Below are positions 33,567 through 42,200 of a stretch of 64,000 bases of DNA, in pieces; within the stretch, counting starts at the first letter, position 1, and every line of letters starts with the position of its first letter. A program made the translations under genes and the position numbers. The DNA is from Candidatus Latescibacterota bacterium (GTDB lineage Bacteria; Latescibacterota; UBA2968; UBA8231): positions 1,888,001-1,952,000 of the forward strand of contig CBDETK010000013.1 of NCBI GenBank assembly GCA_965242865.1, read 5' to 3'. Under the pieces are notes generated by a model. It saw only the letters and a list, made by a program, of their open reading frames with translations. It had not been told where the DNA came from and ran no database searches.

Positions 33567-33907
33567 CCGCTAGCTCCAAGCACTAAACTCTCTACTTTTC
33601 TGCATAGGCCGACGGATCGTGTGCGGCTGTTGGGCGTCGCGGCGGTCTGGCAGCACGACCCCAAGCGCACGCTACTGTGCGGCCTTTGTGCTGATCCCCG
33701 TTTACTGCACCACCTCCGCAACCCGTCTGCCAAAGACCGAGGGCGGAATCCCCTCGATCTAGACGCCGCGCTACCAGCAAAGGCGCACCCACAGCAAGGG
33801 GCGCGTCCTGAGCACTCCAAGTATAGCCCTAGGGCTAGCTCTGCCTCTTTGGGTGCGTCATGCCTCTCTTCCAGTTTCCACACCATATCCATACAAAGGA
33901 GCAAAAA

Positions 33908-35407
33908 ATGCTTTCGTTGAAATCTCTCAAAACCCTGCTTGCGTTCGTCCTTTTGGGCATCGTCGCTGCTTGGACGGGCTGCTCAGACTCCGCGCCGGTC
34001 GCTTCTCGTCCGGCCGGCAAAGCCACCTGTTCCTTGTGCGAGTTCTTGGGCGACGACACCTACACCGCTACCGACGGGCTGCCCGCCCCCGAAAGCCCTG
34101 ACACCACCCAAACCGACGCCGACGCCGATAGAACACAGGCCGACGCTGACGCTGACAGCACCCAATCGGCTATCGTTGAGTTCGCCGACGCCAATCTGGA
34201 GCGGTGCGTGCGGGAGGCGTTGGACCGCCCGCAAGGGACCCTGACCCCGGCGGGCTTGGCCGCCCTGACCGAACTCGACGCGAGCTACAAAAACATTGAG
34301 AGCGTGGCCGGCCTCGAACACGCGACAGCACTACACACGCTATATCTGCGGGACAACGCGATTACGGACGTGAGTCCGTTGGCCAGTCTGACCAACCTGC
34401 ACACGCTGTCGTTGTGGGGGAATGAGATTACAGACGTCAGTCCGCTGGCGGGCCTTATCAATCTTCAGAAGCTGTCGCTGTGGGGCAACGAAATTACGGA
34501 CGTGCAGCCGTTAGCCGGCCTAACGAACCTGCAATGGCTCCAGCTAGGAGACAATGAGATTGCGGATATCAGTCCGTTGGCGAGCCTGACGAACTTGCAA
34601 TGGCTGGGCGTGATGGAAAACGCCCTCAGCCCGCACGTTGCCAACCAACAGCTCGCCGCCGCGATAGCAAGCGGCCTCCGCGTCCAATCGCATCTAGAAA
34701 AATACCCCCGCGTCGAAACCGTCCAAACGGAACCAGAACCGGAGGAACCGACGGAATCCTTTTTATACTGGACGGACTGGGGCCGGGGTAAGATTCAGCG
34801 TACCAACCTAGATGGCTTAGGCGTCACAGACCTCGTCACGGGATTGGATTCTCCATCGGGCATCGCGCTGGATGTGGTGAGCGGAAGGATGTACTGGGCG
34901 GATGAAGGCGCGGGTAAAATTCAGCGTGCCAACCTAGATGGCTCAGGCGTCACAGACCTCGTCACGGGATTGATAACACCATCGGGCATCGCGCTGGATT
35001 TTAGTGCGCGAAAGATGTACTGGACGGAGATTGACGAGGGCACTTTTGGCACCGGTAAGATTCAGCGTGCCAACCTACATGGCTCAGGCGTCAGATCCCT
35101 CGTCACGGGATTGGATGGTGCATCGGGCATCGCGCTGGATTTGGAGAGCGGAAGGATGTACTGGACGGAGAGGGGGGTGACGGATAGGATTCGGCGTGCC
35201 AACCTACATGGCTCACCGGTCGAAGGCCTCGTCACGGCAGTGAGTAATCCATCACGCCTCGCGCTGGATTTGGAGAATAGAAAAATGTACTGGGCGGACT
35301 ATGGTTCGCAAAAGATTCAGCGTGCCAACTTGGATGCCCCATTCGCTGTCGAAGACCTCGTCACGGGATTGGGGGTTCCATCAAGCATCGCGCTGGATAT
35401 TCGGTAG
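33908..35407 (+). CDS. Lipoprotein with internalin-type LRRs and LDL-receptor class B (YWTD) repeats
   Basis: AAGGAG RBS and ATG at 33908; lipobox-like WTGC; 22-aa LRRs (LxxLxLxxNxIxDVSPLAxLxN); five YWT/AD/E repeats. Confidence 0.9.
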   Translation: MLSLKSLKTLLAFVLLGIVAAWTGCSDSAPVASRPAGKATCSLCEFLGDDTYTATDGLPAPESPDTTQTDADADRTQADADADSTQSAIVEFADANLERCVREALDRPQGTLTPAGLAALTELDASYKNIESVAGLEHATALHTLYLRDNAITDVSPLASLTNLHTLSLWGNEITDVSPLAGLINLQKLSLWGNEITDVQPLAGLTNLQWLQLGDNEIADISPLASLTNLQWLGVMENALSPHVANQQLAAAIASGLRVQSHLEKYPRVETVQTEPEPEEPTESFLYWTDWGRGKIQRTNLDGLGVTDLVTGLDSPSGIALDVVSGRMYWADEGAGKIQRANLDGSGVTDLVTGLITPSGIALDFSARKMYWTEIDEGTFGTGKIQRANLHGSGVRSLVTGLDGASGIALDLESGRMYWTERGVTDRIRRANLHGSPVEGLVTAVSNPSRLALDLENRKMYWADYGSQKIQRANLDAPFAVEDLVTGLGVPSSIALDIR

Positions 35408-35539
35408 GCATGGAGGTTCACCTGCCCGGCTTGAATGGCGTTGAGGCGACGCGGCAGAACGGGCTAAGGAGCCGAGCACCGGCTCTACGGCTTGTTCAAC
35501 ACGCCCCAAGGTAGAATTTGCGGAGCAGACCGCTTCTAA

Positions 35540-35701
35540 GAAGCGGTCTCAAAATTAGGGTTTCCGTCTCTGCTTCGGCTTGGTCCTTTGCTGGATTCCC
35601 GCCCCGTGTCGGAGCACGGGGTGACGTTCTTTCGCGGGAAGGACAGCGACCCGCTCTACGGCGTGTTCAACACCGTCCAAGATGGGTTTTCAGACCGCTT
35701 C
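35540..35701. mobile_element. 162-bp MITE with the same TIR family and TAA duplication
   Basis: GAAGCGGTCTCAAAA ... TTTTCAGACCGCTTC (14/15 IR); TAA at 35537-39 and 35702-04; internal nested palindromes. Confidence 0.8.
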
Positions 35702-36675
35702 TAAGGCTTGGCGAACCCACTCACAAAATTCCAGATCACCTCGTGGGTAGATACGCCGCTGATGGCGTCCGGCCATTCGTGCCCTGCTCCAGTTAGCCGA
35801 TAGTGCTCCACGCGGACTCCCCCGTCGCAGGCGTCGTGGACGATGTGAAGTGCCGATCCCGACTGCGTTTCGCTCTCATTCTGGCAGTTGTATTGCTCGC
35901 TCCAGAATTGGACGAGACCGGGAATGTCTCGCATCGTTCCGACCGAATCCCAGGCCTTCCAGTCCCATTGGCTGTCGTACGCGATGATCGGGTCGTCGCG
36001 ACCGTGAATGTGCAGGATGGGTACGTTTTCTACGAGCGCACAGGAATGGGGCGTCACCGGCATCGTGCCGGCGAGAGAGGCGATGGCCGCGAACCGAGCG
36101 TTCAAATGACAGGCCAACTCGTAGGTGAACATCGAACCGAGGGAGTAGCCTGTTGCGTAGATGCGGTTTGAATCCACGCAGTAGCGCGCGGCGAGGTCGT
36201 CGATCAACGCCTCGACGAAGGCGATGTCTTGGGTGGAACCTTCGCGGGTGTTGAGTTGCCACTCCCCCTCGTTGGGCGGCACGAGTTCGGCCAATGGATA
36301 GACCGCGATCACCTTCTCTGCCTCGACCAACTGTTCAAATTCCCGCTGCTGTGGAAACGGGTCGTCGCGGCCCCCGCCACCGTGAAAGGCCATGAGCACT
36401 GGCAGCGTCACCCCGGCGTCGGCCCGAGGGACCGATAGCCGATATTGCCTCCGAACCCCGTCCACCGTGATTTCCCTAAGCGTCTGGCTCTCAGCCGCGG
36501 CTGGCGTGGCGCAAGCATTCAGAGGGTCGCCGCTACCGCCGCCTTCGCTCCCGGTGACACTGCTATCGCCGCTCTCGCCGCAAGCGGCCAAGACAACCAC
36601 GAGTCCACACTGCACGCCGGTCCGTAGCGCAGAGTGATCATATACACGCGCAAATCGCTTCCATAGACGCTGCAT
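35701..36675 (-). CDS. Alpha/beta-hydrolase lipoprotein (PHB-depolymerase/LpqC-like esterase)
   Basis: LAAC lipobox, FHGGGG, GYSLG nucleophile, HGRDDP, GHEW; start re-set to MQRLW behind AGGAG. Confidence 0.82.
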   Translation of the reverse strand: MQRLWKRFARVYDHSALRTGVQCGLVVVLAACGESGDSSVTGSEGGGSGDPLNACATPAAAESQTLREITVDGVRRQYRLSVPRADAGVTLPVLMAFHGGGGRDDPFPQQREFEQLVEAEKVIAVYPLAELVPPNEGEWQLNTREGSTQDIAFVEALIDDLAARYCVDSNRIYATGYSLGSMFTYELACHLNARFAAIASLAGTMPVTPHSCALVENVPILHIHGRDDPIIAYDSQWDWKAWDSVGTMRDIPGLVQFWSEQYNCQNESETQSGSALHIVHDACDGGVRVEHYRLTGAGHEWPDAISGVSTHEVIWNFVSGFAKP

Positions 36676-36697
36676 CACGTTCTCCTGTAAAAAGAAA

Positions 36698-36803
36698 TTT
36701 TTCTGCGGTTCCCGCTGAATCCGGGATCGAGGGCGTCCCGCCCTCGACGAGGGCAAGATGCCCTCGATCCTCGGCAGGCTGACCGCGGGTGTCGTGTACT
36801 AAG
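36698..36803. repeat. Partial copy of a second MITE/REP family
   Basis: TCCGGGATCGAGGGCGTCCCGCCCTCGACGAGGGCAAGAT identical to about 46054-46093; ends in GGTGTCGTGTAC-TAA. Confidence 0.75.
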
Positions 36804-36812
36804 CTCGGCCTC

Positions 36813-38075
36813 TTAGGCCACAGCCTGCGGCAACACCGAATCTCCATAAGGCATCGCCCAGATCCGGGCCTCCGGGCCAACGACCTCGTGCGCGGCTGCC
36901 ACGGCTTGGTCCAGGTCGCCAAAGGGCACTACGCCCACGCGGCCCATAGCTTCCGCCAGCAGCGACGAGACCAAGTGGACGCGGGCCTTTTTCAGCACCC
37001 CGGCAATGGCGGCGGCCTTGTGCCCGCCCAAGACGAATTCTCGCTCTATGCGCGCGAGCACCGAGTCGGCCGAATCCGCCTCCTGCAACCAAGCGGCAAA
37101 AGTAGCGCCCCCCAGCCCTTCGCGGCATTCGGCCACCCAGACGATGACACCGCCTTCGCGCACGGCATGCACGGCGTTGTCGAGGGCCTTTTGCGCCTGA
37201 TACATATTGACGTCGAGCGGGTAGCCGCCCGCGCTGACCAGCACCATATCGGCGCGGCGCGCAATGGGCACGGCCCCGCGCTCGGCCACCCACTCGCACC
37301 CCTGGCGATGCGCGTCGCGCATGTGCCCGGCAACGGCCGCGACGATGCGGTGGCGATCATCGACGATCGCATTGAGGATGAAGTCAACCCCCAGCATGGC
37401 CGCGCCTTCTTCCAAATCTTCGCGCACGGGATTGCCCGCCAAGCACCCGGTCGTCGCCCCGGGGCGGGTCATTAGACCGTGGTTGGCCGTTATCGTCTTG
37501 GAGGAGGCACAGCCGGGCAAAATCGCCTTGGCCCCGCCGGAAAAGCCGGCGAAGTAGTGGAACTCCAAGTTGCCCAAGCAGAGCCGCACATCGGCCTCCA
37601 CCAGGGGACGGAAGAGTTCCACGGGCGTCCCGCGGGCGGTGACGCCCAGCCGCACCACATCTTGTAAATCGTGGTTGACGACCCGCACCCGCTCATAAAC
37701 GGCCGGCCCCACCAAGGCCGCCAACTCGGCCTCGGTCTGCGCTCGATGCAGCCCCAACGCCACGATCACGGTCACAGCGGCATCCGCTACGCTGGCCGCG
37801 GCCAGTTCCTCCAGCACCGGCGGCAACAGGCGGTCCGTCGGGCAGGGCCGCGTCATATCGCTGACCACGATCGCGACCTGCTGACCGGGCCGCACCAGCG
37901 CACGCAATGCTGGCGTCCCCAACGGACGGGCCAAGGCTTGGCGCACCACATCTTGTTCGGCGCGGTTGCCGTTGGTCGCGGCTTGGGGCCGCACGACGCC
38001 GAGCAGGTGCTCGGTGGACACGGCGATCGGCAGGTATCCGTCGCCATAAGGGAGCTTGAGTTCAGTCGCGGTCAT
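36813..38075 (-). CDS. larA: LarA-family nickel-pincer-dependent racemase/epimerase
   Basis: VVSDMTRP, ALGLHR, HYFAGFSGGAKAILPG, SAGGYPLD, YQAQKAL, GGHKA; substrate not determinable. Confidence 0.85.
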   Translation of the reverse strand: MTATELKLPYGDGYLPIAVSTEHLLGVVRPQAATNGNRAEQDVVRQALARPLGTPALRALVRPGQQVAIVVSDMTRPCPTDRLLPPVLEELAAASVADAAVTVIVALGLHRAQTEAELAALVGPAVYERVRVVNHDLQDVVRLGVTARGTPVELFRPLVEADVRLCLGNLEFHYFAGFSGGAKAILPGCASSKTITANHGLMTRPGATTGCLAGNPVREDLEEGAAMLGVDFILNAIVDDRHRIVAAVAGHMRDAHRQGCEWVAERGAVPIARRADMVLVSAGGYPLDVNMYQAQKALDNAVHAVREGGVIVWVAECREGLGGATFAAWLQEADSADSVLARIEREFVLGGHKAAAIAGVLKKARVHLVSSLLAEAMGRVGVVPFGDLDQAVAAAHEVVGPEARIWAMPYGDSVLPQAVA

Positions 38076-38079
38076 TCTG

Positions 38080-38334
38080 TCAATCCCTGCTCTCGGCGCG
38101 ATGGCCGGTCAGTGCGGTGAGTTCGGAAGTGCGCCGGCCAGCGTAGATGGCTTGTTTTAACGCTTCTGGATCATGCGTTCCCTTCCACGCTCCCGCTGTT
38201 GTTCGCAACGCCTCAAGGGTGCGCCCCTGAGGCGAGGCTGCAATGGATATGACCACATCCACACCTTCTTTGAGGTCGAGCCTCTCCTGCGGTATGAGCA
38301 CGCCTTCTGAAAATTTAGCCTTGATGTTCCGCAT
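38080..38334 (-). CDS. Small antitoxin-like protein (DUF104/AF2212-like)
   Basis: IKAKFSEGVLIPQERLDLKEGVDV N-terminus resembles this family; 84 aa. Confidence 0.6.
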   Translation of the reverse strand: MRNIKAKFSEGVLIPQERLDLKEGVDVVISIAASPQGRTLEALRTTAGAWKGTHDPEALKQAIYAGRRTSELTALTGHRAESRD

Positions 38335-38471
38335 TGTTTTTCCCTCGTCTAGATCGCGAATCTACTCAGAATTGCTGAATGCGTGTACTGAACTCGATTC
38401 AGTGAAATCGCTTCGGCACCTGCTTTGACGTTTCATATTTTGAAAATACCTGCATTCTTCTGGTTTATCCA

Positions 38472-39255
38472 TTACCTGAGCAGCATGAAACTCGAAAGCG
38501 GCAAGCGGACGATTCGGGGGTCGTCAATCATCCCGGCATGGTCCTGCGTGATCAGCACGCCAAAAGAGGCGTTGTTGACTGATTTTTCTACGAATGACCG
38601 AATGCCCAGCGTATCCCGCAAGGGATCAATCCGGCGTTGATACTTGATTTCCACCGGCACGCGCTGTGCGCCGACCATCAAGACGAAATCCACTTCGCGG
38701 TCCAAGCCGCGCTCGGGCAAGTGGGCGATGCCGTGAATGGTCGAGGCGACCGAGCCGAAAATGCTCTCGGCGAGATGGCCGGCCAGCGCGGTGAGTTCGG
38801 GCCGCTCGGCTAGGGCTTCAGCCGTCAATGGAATCTGCTCCTGTAGCCAACTCGCTCGCAGGCCGTGATCGACCAGACATAGCTTCGCGTTCCCGCGCTT
38901 TCTCTTGAGCCGGATCTCGAGCGGTGGAATCAAGCGAAGCAGCAGGGTGTCGGCGAGAAACCTCAAGTAGTGAGTCACCCGCTGGCTGCCGATATTCGCG
39001 CCGAGCGATTGACGAGCTTCGTCCGCGAGTGTCGAAACCGTCGGCGTCTGCCCGGCATAGCGACAGGTTAAGCGGAAAAGCTCTTCAAGCAACTGGGCAT
39101 CCCGCTGCCGCCCGCGGTCGCCGACTCGGAGGTCGTGTTGGATGACGCGCTTGATCACGGTTTCGTTCAACTGGTCCGCGAGCAAGGCCCAAGCGACATC
39201 CTGTTGCTTGTGGACTATGGGATAGCCGCCCCGCTCTGAAAAATGCCGAAAGATT
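38472..39255 (-). pseudogene. 5'-truncated AAA+ ATPase with DUF4143-like C-terminus
   Basis: Frame extends upstream to ERGGYP; EVDFV...PVEIK C-terminal motif; no Walker A or start codon before the break at about 39255. Confidence 0.72.
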
Positions 39256-39281
39256 AGGTGTCGCGTACTTAGAAACGCTTC

Positions 39282-42200
39282 TTACTTGAGCAGCAGCATC
39301 TTCTTGACGGCGTGGAACTCGTCGCCCGCCTGCAAGCAGTAGAAATACAGCCCCGACGACAAGCTGTGCCCGCTATCGTCGGTCGCGTCCCACCCCACTA
39401 AGTAGCGGCCGGCGCTCTGATGCTCGGCCACTAGCGTCCGCACCGGCTGACCGACGACATTGTACACGGTCAACTGCACGTTGGCCGCTTGCGGCAGCGC
39501 GTATTGGATCGTCGTCGCCGGGTTGAACGGGTTGGGATAGTTGCTCGTCAGCGCAAAGGCGGCCGGCCGCGTCTGAAGCAGCATGGCCGCACTCGCGCCG
39601 GTCGCGTCCGTCACCGTGTAGGTATAGACGGGCGCACCCTCGGCTTGCGGCGTCCCGGAAATCGTCCGTGTGATCGGGTCAAACGACACACCCGTCGGCA
39701 GGGCTGGCGACAGGCTGTACGTCAGCGGCTCAGTGCCGCCGGTGCCCGCTGGCAGCGCGAAGGCTTCCACCGGCTGGCCGACGACGAACTCGCGGATGGT
39801 CGCTCCGTCGGCCGACGTCGTGGGAACGATCTTGCCCAACCCAATGAACTGACTGAAAAAGTCGCCAAAATTCAACGACGAGTTGACCGCGATGGAAAAG
39901 GTCAGCGACGCGGTGGCCCCCGCCCCGTCGGTAGCCGTGTAGGTGACGTCGACCGCCTCGTCGGTGGCGGCGTCGGGCGTACCGGAAATCGTGCGGGTGG
40001 CCGCGTCAAACGACAAGCCGGCCGGTAGCCCCGACACGCTATACGTTACGTCGCCCGTACCACCCGTCGCTTCCGGCAGTTCCAGCACAGGAATCGCCGA
40101 CCCTGCGGTGTACTCTTGGGCATCAACCGCTGTCCCGTCGGCAAAGGCGAGCGGCGTGGCTTCCGGGGGCGGCGTCGTGGCAGCACCAGCGTCGGCCAGC
40201 GTGATTTGGGCGGAGCCGCTCGTCAAGCCTGCCGCCGAGCCGTGGAGCGTAATCGTCTCGCGGCCCTCGTCCTCGTTATCGGTCGTCGGGTCGAGCAGCA
40301 CGATCAGCGAACCGGAGGTCGCGCCGGCCGGAATGACCAGCGAGGGATTGAACAGTGCCGAATAATCCAAATCCCGCGTCGCCTCCGACGCCGCATCCAC
40401 CGAAATCGTTACGGTCGCGTCGGCGTCCAGCACCTTGCCGTCTAAGGTCGCCGTAACCGTAACCTCGGTCACCACCGCGTCCTCGCTGAGGGTGTGCGGC
40501 GACACCGATAGCGAGAGGGCCGTACTCGGCGTCTCATCGTCGGCGATCTTAATGTCCGTCTGCGCCGAGCCGCCCGAGGCTTTCGCCTGTACGCCCAAGA
40601 ACCGATTGCCATCGACCTCCTCGTTGTCAAGGGGCGTGAGGGTCAGCAGCGTCCGGCCCTCGGTCTCGCCCGCGGCAATGATGACCGAGCCGCCCAGCGT
40701 GGCCGTGTAATCCGCATCGCGCACGGCCGGTGTGCCCGTGTTAGGCGCGACAATCGTGAACAGCACGGTCTCGGCCTTCGCGGATGGCGCGACCAACATC
40801 GCTGTCAGGAGGATGGCGGTCGTCTCCCCGTTCTCCCGCACCGACGAATGCGTCGAGGTCAGGTTAGCGACTTTCGCCGTGGGGGCTGGGGCCGACCCGA
40901 TCTCAAAGGTCAGGCTGAGGGCATCGGTGTTGACCGGGTCCGGGGCACTGTCAATGACCGTGTAGATGACGGTGGCCGTGTCGGCCATCGTCGGCGTCCC
41001 TGACAGCGTGCGGGTGGTCGCGTCAAACGACAGCCCCGCCAGTAGGGTCGCCGACACGCTATACGTCTTGTCGCCTACGCCGCCGGTAGCGACTGGCAGC
41101 ACGAATGGCTCAATCGCCGTGCCGACCGTGTACTCAAACACCGTCGATACCACGTCAATGTCGTCTGCGAAGCGCAGGACGCCCAGCGGCGTCTCTGTCG
41201 GGTCCCCATCTTTCAGCGTTACCACCGCCGTAGTGACCGTGACGTCTTCGTCGTCCGCATTTTTGACCGGACTTTTCAGCGCGGTCAGGCCGATCTTTTT
41301 ATCGCCACCTGCCAACGGGGTGATCGACACGGTCGTCGAGCCGCTGATCTCGCCGGCTGGAATGACCAGCGAGCGCAGAATCGCCGTGTATTCGGTGTCG
41401 CGGGTGGCCGCATCGTCGTCCATGTCGCCATCGGCATCCGTATCGGTCGTGACGACCAAGACCACGGGCACATCCTCGTCGAAGACTTGGCCGTTTAAGG
41501 TGCCGGTCACCGCAACGTCCGTCGCTCCTGTGCCCGCCTTGATCTCCCCCGGACTCGCCGTCAGCGTGATCTCGGAGGTCAGCGTCTCATCGTCCACAAT
41601 GGTAATCGTCTCGCGCGCCTCGGTGACGCCCGCGCCGACCGTGGCGACTACTATGAAACTCCGCGCCTCATTCACCGTTGAGTTATCAACCGGGGTCAGC
41701 GTCAGCGTCGTCTCGGCCGAGGTTTTGCCGGCCGGAATGACGAGATCGCTCAGAGCCACCGTGTAATCGATGTCGCGCCGCCCCGCTTGCGGCTCAATGG
41801 AAAACGACACCCGCGCATCGTCCTCTAGCGCATTCTTCAAGGTGACTGTCAGGGTGATGGCTTGCTGTCCGGCCCCCTCGCGGACCGTCGCTGGCGTCGC
41901 GGTCAGCCCGTCGTCAGCCCCTTTGAGATCGACGATGGGAGCGGCCTTTATCGCAAAGAAATGAGGAGGAATCGCAACATACTGGGGCAAGAGGCTTTCA
42001 AGCAAATAAGCCGCAGAAGGAGGATCGCCCACCGTATGGACGAACTCTCTATCGGCAGCCACCATCTCGGCTACGGCAGATGTCCCGGCACTGATGTCGC
42101 GTTCCCATAGCCCAAATGCCCAATTGACCCAACCATCCGCATTAACCTCAGGAATGCTGCCATCGGCGGGTGCTGCTGGTGGAATCACCCCATCGCCGTT

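Larger units (their letters stand above)
33095..35536. mobile_element. Non-autonomous TIR-bounded cassette (2442 bp) carrying an LRR-YWTD lipoprotein gene
   Basis: Left end GAAGCGGTCTGCTCCGCAAA (33095-33114) is the exact reverse complement of 35517-35536; match extends to 28/32; TAA on both flanks; no transposase inside. Confidence 0.8.

Noticed and set aside
34760-35400. YWTD DNA repeats as a diversity-generating retroelement TR/VR pair
   Set aside because: No reverse transcriptase in the window, all repeats are coding, and differences are not obviously adenine-specific.
35410-35460. MEVHLPGLNGVEATRQ, resembling a response-regulator receiver fragment
   Set aside because: Only about 16 codons, too short to support as a feature, although it may be a scar.
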